From Felis catus (taxonomy: Eukaryota): a stretch of 64,000 nucleotides of DNA. Below are positions 24,570 to 36,860 of the stretch, piece by piece. The stretch covers positions 106,518,001-106,582,000 of the forward strand of contig NC_058373.1 of NCBI RefSeq assembly GCF_018350175.1, given 5' to 3'. The notes below the pieces were generated by a model that saw nothing but the letters and a program-made list of their open reading frames with translations, did not search any database and was not told the origin of the DNA. The first letter of the stretch is position 1. Each line of letters begins with the position of its first letter. The position numbers were made by a program, and so were the translations under genes.

Positions 24570-26711
24570 TCGCTACTCCCAAGCCTGTTATTACGCAGGT
24601 GGAAATGGCCTGCCTGGTCCTGGGCTCCCTCGGCCCACGTCAGCCCCCGGCCTGCTAGTGGCAGGCCCAGATTAGGGGATGTGCCAAATCCACTCGAGTC
24701 TTCCTTGAATCCAAGGAGAAGATGAGCAGGTAGAAGCAGTCCCCAGCTGAAGCGTGACTGATTAGGCAAGCTGCCCTCCCAACTCCTAAAGTTAAGCCCG
24801 GACTGGCGTCTTGGGACCTGAGGCAAAGAAGGGAAGCTTAGAGACCTCAAGGCCACGGTTCTGAGGGTGACCAGTCTCCGCGGTGGAGGGGATGTGGGGC
24901 TGCGCGGGGAGGGGTGAAGATGGGTGTTGGCAGAGGGAGGCAACTGCAACCCCGAAGTTAAATACTGCGTTCTTAAAAACTGTTGTTTCCAGAACGGGGC
25001 TGAACACAGCGGAGTACAGGAAAGAACTATGAGGAGAGTCCCAGAAAAAAGCTTACCAGACCTCATCCGTACCAGCAACGAAAGCAAATAGGATGTCACT
25101 AGGCAGGACAAAAAGCAGCTACGCTTCCTTTCAGAAACACTGAGCCAAAGCCATACTGATTATCAGCTGTCTGCGCAGTCTATTTCATTTGAGAACGTGG
25201 ACATCTCAGGAACCTTGCTTCTTTTTGTTTTCTTTTACAGCTGTCTCTGACAAGGTGGAACGATACATGAGAAAAACCAAAACTCAGAGGAGTTGGCTTA
25301 TAATGTGTCATTCCCATATTTTGACCCATCTTTTCAAACAAAACTTGTGCGCTATTGGTTCATAAATGGTCTATAAAATGATGAAGCTGGAAGAAAAATA
25401 AGGTTCAAGCCAACACACAGGGTAGAGGAATAGGCTTATCCACTGCTTTTTCTCTAAAAATGGTAGGGCTAGAACTACTTGAGGCTTTGTGGGACTGCTA
25501 AGCCACCGTAGGCCTGTCAAGGGTCTCCACCTGTTGATTTTTATATTCAAAGGCTATTCAGATGCTCTTCAAAAATGCTGAAAATTAAAAGCCTGCATTC
25601 TGTCCAACTCTTTGTTCTTCTAGTACACTATTGTTCAAAAGATGTTCAGTGACAACAAATTAGAGAAAATGTATTCACTCAGTAGACCATAGATATGGCC
25701 TACTAGTGCCAGATGTTCCTGGGGATATGATGATCACGAAAATTTTACATTACTGTTATCTGCAAAAATTATGATGGACATGTTCATAATCTTGATTATG
25801 GTGAGAGCTTCATAGGTGTATACATGTCATAACTCATCAAATTGTTTGCTATAAATATGTGCAATTTAACGGATATCTATTTTACCTCAATAAAGCTATA
25901 AAAAATCACCCCCTCCAACAACAACAACCAAAAAATTCTTGGTTATCATGAATCATCGTGGTTTTTGAAATCTTTCCATGGGTAAAACAAGCCTGTTTCA
26001 GAAATCTTTAAGACAAAAAGCTTCTGCGGTCTTTCTGTGTAGCTTAATCCTGTTGTGTAATCAGGGGGCACTTGTGAGATTTTTTTCAAATCTATTGTTT
26101 AGAACCCCTTGAAGCCATCAGAGATACCAGAAGGGAATTTCCAAGTTTTATTATAACATGCCAAGAACACAGAAAGCTCTAACTCTATAACATTAAGTGG
26201 TTATCAATGGGTACTGAATATTTGAGAATTGTTCTGGTAGGGCAGTTTCATACAGAATTACACAGAATATGTTATTTTATTTCCCTGAGAAACACTCATG
26301 AAAGTCATCATTAAAAAACTACAATAGCAACACAAGCCTCTTAGCTTCCTTGTGCCTAAATAGATAAATAATTTGGGAATATGATTCTAATTATTTTCCA
26401 TATTTCATCAGATGCTAATCAGTACTCTGAGAATGTGAGGAGAAAATAGCCAGTTAAGTATATTTAGATTTTACTTGTTAGAGGAAATTGAAAATTTCCA
26501 TTGTGACTGAAAATTTCCATTTTCATTTCCAATTTGATGGAAATTTTATTTTAATAAATAATTCTATTTTGCCTTGCTGAAAAGAGGTGCATTCGCTGTT
26601 CCTGTTTTAGCAATTTTCACAACTATCTTTATGTTTTAGGTTCTTCCTCTGGATATACACAAATCATCGTCTATTTGGGTGAAGAAATCTTCAAGTTTGT
26701 GTTTTTGGGGT

Positions 26712-26733
26712 TTTTTTTTTAAGTTTATTTTTG

Positions 26734-26770
<37 letters not shown>

Positions 26771-26925
26771 ATGAGCAGGGGAGGGGCAGAGAGAGAGAAT
26801 CCCAAGCAGGCTCCACACTGTCAGCACAGAGCCCGATGTGGGGCTCAAACTCACAAACCATGAGATCATGACCTGAGCCAAACCAAGAGTAGGACACTTA
26901 AGTGACTGAGCCACCCAGGTGCCCC
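26712..26925 (-). mobile_element. CanSINE
   Basis: Reverse SINE. Confidence 0.92.
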
Positions 26926-27768
26926 TCAGGTTTGTGCTTTGGTGTGAATTTACCAATGTTTATCAGTGTTATATTTTCACCCTTGCAGACTGACAAAGCT
27001 TGACTACTTTGAAGATTTATGGGCATGATACAGTCGACTGTGGAATTGCAGGGCTTGCATAGTTGCTCTAAGTTATGAATTGCTCTAACATGCTTTTGAT
27101 ACAAAAAAAAAAAAATAAGGTTGGCACTTTTAAAGAATTCTGGGCAAGAAGAGTCGAGACAAAAGAACTGTCAGGTTTTGTCTCCTGCTATTGTTTTCTG
27201 GAAAAGAAGTTTTGTTCATTATTTCAAAAGAAGGAATCTAGTGAAGAGCATTTATTTAACACTAGCTTCTTAACTTAGACCAACTCTCATATCATGGGGA
27301 AAGGGAGCATGGAGTATGCAAAAAGAGCACTACAAGTAACAAACTTTAACCAATATGAAACCCTTTCCAGCTTCAATATTAAAGTTACATAAGAGTTCTG
27401 TGCCTCAGTTTCTTTAACTGTAACTGAGATATTTTAATAGTATCTTCTGCGCTGGGTTTGGGGGGGGGCGCACCAAATGGGTTGACATAAGTGGTTATAT
27501 TATTAAGGTATAATAGCACATGCCAAATTACTTCCAGAGAATGGCTTATAATGGTAAAAGCTCTGCCTGGGTATTTATATTTGCAAAGATGAAAGAGTCA
27601 AAGCCAAAGAATCAAAGAGTTCATTTCAAACAAATTTAAAGGCATTTAAATCAAATTAGATGAGAAATGTTCCTCATATTGAGTGACCATTGGTCTGTTT
27701 CTACGTGTAGGTCCTCTAATTCTGAAAGGCAAACCTTACATAAAAATAAATATATTTCAATGCTTCTG

Positions 27769-27826
27769 TTTTTATTATTTTAGAGAGAGAGAGAGAGAGA
27801 GAGAGAGATCATGAGGGAGAGGGGCA

Positions 27827-27878
<52 letters not shown>

Positions 27879-28001
27879 CTTAAGCAGATGCCACACTCAG
27901 CGTGGAGCCTGATGCACGGCTTGATCCCACAATCCTGGGATCATGACCTGAGCTGGAATCAAGAGCCAGATCCTCAGCCAACTGAGTCACCCAGGTGTCC
28001 C
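27769..28001 (-). mobile_element. CanSINE with expanded (GA)n
   Basis: Reverse SINE. Confidence 0.9.
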
Positions 28002-28567
28002 CTTCAAAGATTCTTTCAAGTAGTTGGGTAACACACACACACAAATACATCTCAACTTGGAATAGCCTATATCAGGAATGGCAAATACAATTCATTGACT
28101 GATTAGTAATGAGTGCTTGGGGCACTGTGCTGAGAGTCTTAGGCCATGTTCAGATTCAGTAGGAAAAAGTGCCTAGAAAGATAATATCTACATGCAGGCA
28201 AGTGAAGGAGATATGGCAACACATACCAAGTATTTTCCTTCTCTGGATTATATATGTTTATTAGCACCCAAGCCAAGGCTCTACTTTTGAAACTTTTTAG
28301 AAAAAAATGCAACTGTGAAATCACTCCCATTGATTTAGTAAGATAAAGTGTTTGACTCAAGATGAGACTCATTCTGCAGCCTCAGATTTTTCTGAAATCA
28401 TTGTGTGTGGGATTGGTTCAAAGCTTATTTTGTCTATAGCATCTAGCTCATTTTGCAACATGGGTTTTACTCTACCCCAATGAGTGGAAGCTCTTGAATT
28501 TCATATGGAAAACAGTTCTCCATTTCCTACTGCAGTGAAAGAATACTTAGATTGAAACTAATTTATA

Positions 28568-28795
28568 GGGGCGCCTGGGTGGCGCAGTCGGTTAAGCGTC
28601 CGACTTCAGCCAGGTCACGATCTCGCGGTCCATGAGTTCGAGCCCCGCGTCAGGCTCTGGGCTGATGGCTCAGAGCCTGGAGCCTGTTTCCGATTCTGTG
28701 TCTCCTTCTCTCTCTGCCCCTCCCCTGTTCATGCTCTGTCTCTCTCTGTCCCAAAAATAAATAAACGTTGAAAAAAAATTAAAAAAAAAAAAAAA
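28568..28795 (+). mobile_element. Young felid CanSINE
   Basis: CpGs retained, long A tail, perfect TSD gaaactaatttata (28554-28567 / 28796-28809). Confidence 0.95.
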
Positions 28796-28963
28796 GAAAC
28801 TAATTTATAGAGACCATAGGCTGGTGCACAAGACCGCTGTGTTTTCTCCACTACAACACTCACAATGTCTCACAATGCATTTGGAATGCATTGGGCTCCT
28901 TCTGCCCATAGGAAGTGGCTGCTGTTACTCTGCCATCCATGGGGATAAAACATAGATGCTTCT

Positions 28964-29422
28964 GGGGCGCCTGGGTGGTTTGGTCGGTTAAGCCTCCGAC
29001 TTCGGCTCAGGTCATGATCTCGCGGTCCGTGAGTTCGAGCCCCGCGTCGGGCTCTGTGCTGACAGCTCAGAGCCTGGAGCCTGTTTCAGATTCTGTGTCT
29101 CCCTCTCTCTCTGCCCCTCCCCCCATTCATGCTCTGTCTCTCTCTGTCTCAAAAATAAATAAAAACGTTAAAATTTGGGGCGCCTGGGTGGCGCAGTCGG
29201 TTAAGCGTCCGACTTCAGCCAGGTCACGATCTCGCGGTCCGTGAGTTCGAGCCCCGCGTCAGGCTCTGGGCTGATGGCTCAGAGCCTGGAGCCTGTTTCC
29301 GATTCTGTGTCTCCCTCTCTCTCTCTGCCCCTCCCCCGTTCATGCTCTGTCTCTCTCTGTCCCAAAAATAAATAAACGTTGAAAAAAAAATTAAAAAAAA
29401 AAAACGTTAAAATTAAAAAAAA
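28964..29422 (+). mobile_element. Nested CanSINE pair (inner copy 29177-~29399 in the tail of the outer copy)
   Basis: Outer TSD aaaacatagatgcttct; inner TSD aaaaacgttaaaatt. Confidence 0.95.
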
Positions 29423-29844
29423 AAAACATAGATGCTTCTAATGTCCTCTAGTAGGGATGGAAAGAAGAGACTTGATCACTTTTCACTAAACCCAATTTTG
29501 GTTTCCTTATAGAATTTGTGCCTTTGAACAAAACTGGAAAGTTTTTTTTTTTCTCTTTGGGTGAAATTATGAATTAGGAGATCTGTAACATGAATTCTCC
29601 ATGCTTTGGACTCACAAAACACCTTTTAAGACGTTCTGAGCTTGAGGAGAAAAACCAAAATATACATTATGGAAGTAAATTGAATAGTTCTTTGCAGTTT
29701 GTAAACAGATCTCATTGAGTACACACACATGCATACTTTTAATTTCCAAAATCTGATGAGAGATATGGTATCTTCACAGTAAGTTTTATACTAATGTGAT
29801 GACCAATGAATTAGGAGATTTCAAATGCGCTTTTGGTAATTTGT

Positions 29845-31030
29845 ATTTTTTTTTGTTTCAATAATAGCTTTATTGAGATATAACTTGCATACAATATAAA
29901 GTGTCTAATTCAATGATTTTAAGTATATCCACATAGTTCTGCAACCATTATCACGATCAATTAGAAAACATTTTCATCTCTCCAAAAAGAAACTTTGTGC
30001 CCATTAGCAGTCGCCCTCCATCCCCACAATCTAAATCCAGTCCTAGGCAATCACTAATCTACTTTCTGACTCCATAACTTTGCCTAGTCTGGACACTCCA
30101 TTTGAATGAAATCATACCATATGTGCCCTTTTGTGACTGGCTTATTTTCCTTAGTATAATGTTTTCAAGGTTTACTTACGTTATAGCACAGATCAGTACT
30201 TTATTCCTTTTTTTGTATGGATTCTCCTACACTGTATGTATACACTATAATTTGTTTAACCACTCATCAGTTGATGGACAGTTAGGTTGTTTCTACTGCT
30301 ATAAATGTTTTTGTACAAGTTTTTTTGCGAGCATGTTTTCTTTCATCTTCCATAGGTACCTAGGATTAGAATTGCTGGGTCATATAGGGTCTCTGTGTTT
30401 CATTGTTTGAGGAATTGTCAATTTTTAATTTTGTTTTCCAAATTAACTGCACCATTTAAAAATCCTGTTGGCAATGTATAAGGGTTTCAATTTGTCCACC
30501 TCCTTCTCAGCACTTGTCATTATCTTCTTGTTTTTATTACAGCCATCCTAGTGGGTGTGAAGTAATATCACATTGTGGTTTTGATTTGCATTTCCCTGAT
30601 AGCTAATGATGTTCATTCAGCATCTTTTCATGTGCTTCTTGGCCATTGGTATAGCTTCAGACTCTGGAGAAATGTCTGCTCATTCCTATGCTTATTTTTG
30701 AATTGGGTTATTTGTCTTTTATTATTGAGTTGTAAAAGTTCTTTCTAATTTTGGATAGAAGTCTTTTATCAGATATATGATTTGCAATTTTTTTTCTCCC
30801 AGTCTGTGAATTGTCTTTTTTACTTTCTTGATGGCGTCCTTTGCAGCACAAACATGTTTACTTTTTATGAAGTCCAATTCATCTATTTTCCCTTTTGTTG
30901 CTTATGGTCTGGTGTCATATCTAAGAAACCATTGCCTAATCCTAGGTCAAAAGATTTACAGCTAAATTTTCTTCTAAGATTTTCATAGTTTTATATCTTA
31001 TGTTTAGGTACACCTTGAATTAATTTTTAT
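29845..31030 (-). mobile_element. Old L1 (L1M-type) 3' fragment
   Basis: Reverse L1 ORF2-end/3' UTR words (cattgtggttttgatttgcatttccctgat, ttatcagatatatgatttgcaa). Confidence 0.85.
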
Positions 31031-33549
31031 ATACCATGTGGGTAATTTGTTTTTCTTATTTTGTGAATTGCCTTTTGTGTCCAGTGTTTACTTTTCCAAT
31101 CAGGTATTTTTCCTTAAATATTTTTAAATGCTCTTTGTTTTGTATTTTTGTCATTTATGTTGCAGATATTCATCACATTTTATTGTGCAGGGATAATGAG
31201 AAAACTAAGGTTCTGAACAAACTTCAGAGATTTTATCAAAGTCACAAGGCTAAAGCAGCTGTTACTGAAGTCTAAGCCTTCTGACTCTATGACTTAAGCT
31301 CTCCGAATGTAAAGTCCTCACATAGTATAATCAATTTTTCAGTTTGCACATAGTATGCCATTGACAAGAGCCCAGCAGAGCTCTTATGCCACTATAGAGC
31401 TCAATATAGACCACAGAGGTATTCAAGATTAGTAATTACAGACTACATCCAAAGTATTCTGAGTCTGAAGCAAAATCATCAGCATGAAGACCAGGATGAG
31501 AAAGGTACTGATGGCCTGTGTGGAAGTCAGAACCCTGGACAGCTCAGTAGGAGCATTAGGCAAAACCAGTTTTCTTTTAACTTTAAATGGTAATTACTGA
31601 AACTCCAGATTCATGGTTGGGCCACAGTTATGGGGTTGGTTCCAGTTTAAAGGGCACTGGTCTTATTCATACGGCCCCAATATATCCTGAGGAAAGTGTC
31701 ATACCATCTTCCAAGAGTCTGTAGTCTTTATGAACTGGCATGGCCTTAGCTTTGAGCCTGACAAATACGTTAAGAAATCCCGGATCCCCGGGGCTTCCGT
31801 GGGGTTAGTCAGTCTGAGGAGAAATTGTTTTCTCTCCCTCCTTGCTTGAAGCTCTTTATCCTTAAAGCTGCTTTTTCATCAAAGTTAGGGACTGGCAGGA
31901 ACTCCACTGTAAGTGGGGTCCTGAAACATTACTTGGCTTAAGTTTACATGAGAGTTCCAAGAAGAGTTGAGGGGAATACTGATGTAAAAGTGCCCAGAGC
32001 CAGACCATATTTAAGATTCCATATATACTGTAACACCAGTTTGACCACTGGTGTCGTAGAGCAGATGGGACCACCAAAACTCTGTGTCTCAGAATCAGTA
32101 AATTCTATACCTGAAACTAATATCACATTGTAGGTTAACTAACTGGTGATGCATGAAATAATGTTATTCTTTAACAGAATTATAACTTCTTATGCAGCTT
32201 AACTGTGGAGAGTTTAGATAGATCTTTCTGCCAAAAGTTGCTTCTACTCTAGCCTGTAATTGGTATTGGAAATTCAACATTTTGACTTTATAAATTTGTC
32301 AGGTCAGCACTGTTGTAAATGGCAGTATCCCCAGAAATGATAACTTGGCATTCATAGTACTGACATCTCATAGTGAATTACCAGACAGCTTTACTAAGCT
32401 TAGCTTAGATTTTGATAAGGAGAGAAGTCAAGAGTCAAAGCATTCTGTCCTGCCCAGGGAAGACAGCCCACAGAATGCAATGGCATGCCCTTGAGAGTCA
32501 GAGGAATATGCTTAACTTCTTCCGGGATGAATTCATTTCAACAAACTATAACCCTGCTCACCAAGCCTTACAGATTGTAATATTGTAACCGAAGTTATCT
32601 CTGGGATTGTGAAAACATTTATTTTCTTCCTAAACTTTTTTCATCTTTTCTGAATACTCTAAGAAAAAAAAAGTTATATTAAATATCTCAAAGGTAAACA
32701 ACCAGCATCCTTTGGATACTAGTAAGTTTTGCTTATAAATTTTCCATGTAAAGTCGTTTTAAGCATCAAAAATCAATTCTTTAAAGGAGTGCTATAGGCT
32801 GTTGATAAACCAGAGGAAGATAAGGATTATGCATTTGACTGCATCAAGAAAACTTCATGTTAGCTTTCAATGAGCAAGCATGTCTAATACCTAACTTCAA
32901 ATTTTGCTACACCCCCCCAAAAGAAAACAAACCATGAAACTATATACAAAGTAAACTACAAAATGAATTTTTTAAAGCAAAAGGTTTATAAGATATTTGT
33001 AGGAAGAATGATATCAAACGGTTGACTACTTACAATCTGATGATATTGCCTTTTTTGTGCAGACACCTATGAAACTGGAACCTCCTACGGGCTGTGGATC
33101 ATGCTTCTTGAGCAATTCCACCGACACAATTTATTCAATAGACACCTTCTTCATTTGTTCATTCATAAATGTACTGAATACTTCCTCTATTTGTCAGGCT
33201 AAGACAGGCTATGCTGCAGTAAAGTATTAATTCTGAAATCTCAGAGGCTTAGACACACAACTAGTACAGTTCAGAGGAAGCCCTGATCTACACGATCAGA
33301 GACTCAGACATAGAAACTCCACTAAGTTGTAACTGGAACACATGGCCTTGTAGACTGTCACAGAAGGATAAGAAGGGAGAAGGAGTGGAGAATTCTCATC
33401 TGTTCCCAAATATGTCAAACTCCAAGTGTTACACATAACTCCTTACAGAGTACTTGCCAGAACTAGTTACATGCCCCAAGTCTAATGGCAAAGGATCCTG
33501 GAAAATATAAAGAAGTATGTGGAATATCTGGTGAGTCCAATCAAATTTG

Positions 33550-35160
33550 CTCAAATGTTTATACCAGGCACTTTGGGAATACAAAGATGAATCCGTTTTT
33601 CAATACGTGTACAATCAAATCATGGAGATAATAAAATGAGCATGTGAATAATCAAAATCCAAAGCAGAAGGTGATAAGCACTAGGAACAAGGTACAGATA
33701 AAGTCATATGATAAATCAGAAGACATAAAGATTACTGCTATCTGGAGAGGTCAAAAAAGCTACATGGGATAAGTAATTGAGGTAGGCTTTGAAAGTTGTA
33801 GGATTTGTACATGAGGAGCTGATGACTAGAGATCATTCTGGTCTAAGAAACAATAAGGGCCTGGGAGAGAGAAATTATAGGACACTTACAGAGAAGAATA
33901 AGTCTGTTTTTCTAGAGCAAAGGTTTGACAAAGCCAGAAATAAAAATAGAAAAATTGGTTGGTCTCAGATTGTGAAGGAATTAGAATGCTATATTAAGAT
34001 GCTTAGATTTTTTTTTAAAGGTAAGAGTCTTAATGAGAGGTATGACAGATGTTATTCAGGAAAAGAGAGTAGCAACTCAAGTGGTTTGGAAGGGAAGAAA
34101 ATTAATGGTAGAAAGGTCAGCTTTCAGGCTATTAAAGTTGTTTTGATGAAGAGCACTGAGAAAGAGGAAGTAAAAATAGAAATTAGGGAACATATATTAA
34201 AAATATTTCAATCAACAGAATTTGATAGCTGATTAAACATGAAAAGAGTAAAGATTGACCAAAAGGTCTAGAATTTGGGGGAATGGAGAGTTCATAAATA
34301 TCATTAACAGGAATTTTAAAAAACACAGGAAGAGTAGCTGGTTGTGAAAGAATAATTATTTAATGTTTGGCCACACAGAATTTAATGTGCAGATGAGACA
34401 CAAGTGAAGGTATCCATCTGGATACTGAAATGTGAAAAGTCAATCAAGGTCAAAGCTGGTGATTCAGATTGAGGTGTCACCTGGGTAGAGAGGATAATCT
34501 AAGTCATACAGTTGGATAGGTATACCAGGGGAGATAGTAGAGGGCTAATAAACAGGCCAAGAATATATCCTTAAGAAAAACATATTTAGGGGTGTCTGGG
34601 TGGCTCAGTCGGTTAAGCATCTGACTCTTGGTTTCTGTTCAGGTCCTCATCTCACAGTTTGTGAGTTCAATCCCTATAGTGGACTCTGAGCTGACAGCAT
34701 GGAGCCTGCTTAGGATTCTTTCTCTCTCCCTCTTTCTGCACCTCTCCCCCCCCCCCCCCGCCTGCTCACTTACTCTCTCTCTCTCTCAAAATAAAGAAAT
34801 AAACATTTAAAAAAGAAATACGTATTTAAGAGCCCAAAGAAGAAAAAACAGCATCCAAAGAGGTAGGGGGAGAGCACAGTTGAGGGAGGAGTTTCAAGTA
34901 TGGGCATCTTCAACAATATTTAATGCCTGATGGTGATGATAACTCAATTGGCAACTGAATTTCACCACTGAATTTGGCCACTGGAAAGGAAGTGGGGGGA
35001 AAGATGACACTTGCTTAAAAAATAAAGAGATTAAGGGAATGTGCCTTTTGGAAAGGGAGAGAAAAAGTGTATAGGCTAAGAGGAAAGATAAAATATAGAA
35101 AGAAAAATTGTAGATTCAAGAAAAGGAGGAGATATTGAAGAAGCCAGTGGATAAGGATAG
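33550..35160 (-). mobile_element. Degenerate L2 LINE fragment (SINE inserted)
   Basis: Purine-rich reverse-L2 pattern; assigned by eye. Confidence 0.5.
34589..34814 (+). mobile_element. CanSINE
   Basis: Head, C/CT tract, A tail. Confidence 0.92.
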
Positions 35161-36249
35161 AATGAGCACCTGGTTCTCTTCACCTACTATACTCATCACC
35201 CAAAGAAGTTCCCATTGTTCTTGCCTATGTTTTAAACCATTTTAGGTGGACCCACCATAACTCCACTTTCTGGTCTCTTCCTGCCTTTCTTGGATCTTGA
35301 CTGCTTCCCTGTAGCCCTGAAGTCTCTCCTTGCTGTGGGTGCTTGATACTTACCTCCAATACTGATATTGGCCTTCTTCTTGGTCTACAGCTCATGTGCA
35401 CCCCTAGAATTTAGCCAGCTCCCATCTAGTGTAGGAAAACATCCTACCCAATCTAGTCTCTCCATAAGACCCCAACCTGGTACAGGCCCTTGAGAGCAAG
35501 GATTAAATTTAGAATGTAGGAAATTGACTTCTTTTTCAGAAATAGAAAAGACAACACAAGAGAGATGAATATTGAGAAAAAGTTTGAGCTGGAGATGAGG
35601 GAGGCTTCATGTCAGAGAGCTTGTAGCTTTTCAGTGAAGTAGAAGGCAGAGTCATCTTTAAAGCATGAAGGTGGCAATAGCAGAGTTTCTGAAGGATAGG
35701 AAAGGTTGCATGTAAGCCTAATATTTGTAATTTGTATCGCTTTTTCCAATTGATTTCTATTATAATATTACAGCACATTATTACTCAGATCTGCTAGACT
35801 CTAATTCTCCAAATGGCGAATTCCAATATTATCAAAGACTTTTCTAACTGCTCTTTACCAAAGGCATTCTAATATCTCTCTCTGGAAGGCAAATGAATAA
35901 TCAACATAAGATTTCATACAAAAAGCATCTTGAGACATTCTGTTGCTAAAAGTTCCTCAATAACTCCAGTGGAGTTAAACAATAGTTATCCTACTGCTTC
36001 TAAACCTTAGTATAAATCATTAATCAAAACAGACAAACAAAGAGAACTGTGTGAGATTGACTGGAACTGGATTGGTTAGGGATTCTGAAATCAGATGGGA
36101 TTCGAATTCCAATTGTATTATATACTGGCAATATAGTATAGCAAGAAAGAGCAAAAGGGCATGGTGGCATCAGACTTCCTGGGTCCAAACCTACCTACTC
36201 GATGATGGCAAATGATTCCCTTAAAGCCTCAGTTTCTTTTCTTTTTACT

Positions 36250-36464
36250 AAAAATTTTTTTATGTTTATTCATTTTTGAGAGAGAGAGAGAGAGAGAGAG
36301 CAGGCAGGGAAGGAGCAGAGAGAGAGACACACACAGAATCTGAAGCAGGCTCCAGGCTCTGAGCTGTCAGCACAGAGCCCGACATGGGGCTTGAACCCAC
36401 AAGGGTGAGATCATGACCTCAGCTGCAGCTGGATGCTTAACCAACTGAGCCACCCAGGCACCCC
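36250..36464 (-). mobile_element. CanSINE
   Basis: Reverse SINE. Confidence 0.92.
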
Positions 36465-36579
36465 AAGCCCCATTTCTAATATCTATAATATTGATGTTAT
36501 AACCTGTAAAAGAGCAGTCACAATGTAGACAGACCTCATAGGATTATTGTGAACATTACATGAAGTGGGTCATATATTT

Positions 36580-36860
36580 AGGGTTAAGAGCATGAGCTCT
36601 GCAATCAGGCTGTTTGAGTTTGGACACCAGCTCTGCCACAGTCTAGCTGTGAGACTTTAGGTGAGCTACTCTCTGCGTCTCCGTTTTCTCAACTCAAAAA
36701 CGGGAATAATAGTCTGTTCTTCACAGGACTGCTGTGAATATTGAGCGACATGATAATATAAGGCCCTTAACACAGTGTCTGACATATAGTGAGCTCTTTA
36801 TAAACACTATTATTATGATATAGTCAGCACAGTGCCTGACATATAGTCAGCACTCAATAA
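36580..36860 (+). mobile_element. MIR
   Basis: ggttaagagcatgagctctg...ctctgcgtctccgttttctc MIR pattern. Confidence 0.7.

Larger units (their letters stand above)
23000..24950. promoter_or_regulatory. RTN1: CpG island / promoter of RTN1
   Basis: Very GC- and CpG-rich stretch spanning the exon, against AT-rich, CpG-depleted flanks. Minus-strand GCCATTTCCACCTGCGTAATAA (~24588-24609) has YY1-like, E-box and TATA-like words just upstream of the GC-rich leader. Confidence 0.9.

Noticed and set aside
23305..24725. Long overlapping ORFs on both strands across the RTN1 CpG island (228-284 aa)
   Set aside because: Low-complexity Pro/Ala/Gly/Arg shadow ORFs expected from stop-poor GC-rich DNA; mostly non-ATG starts; only 24037-24277 matches a known protein and has splice support.
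28568..28650. tRNA-like A/B box sequences
   Set aside because: Heads of tRNA-derived CanSINEs, not tRNA genes; the same holds for all other SINE heads.
33789..34232. 147-aa Lys/Glu-rich ORF
   Set aside because: Purine-rich reverse strand of an L2-like repeat; non-ATG start; no homology recognised.
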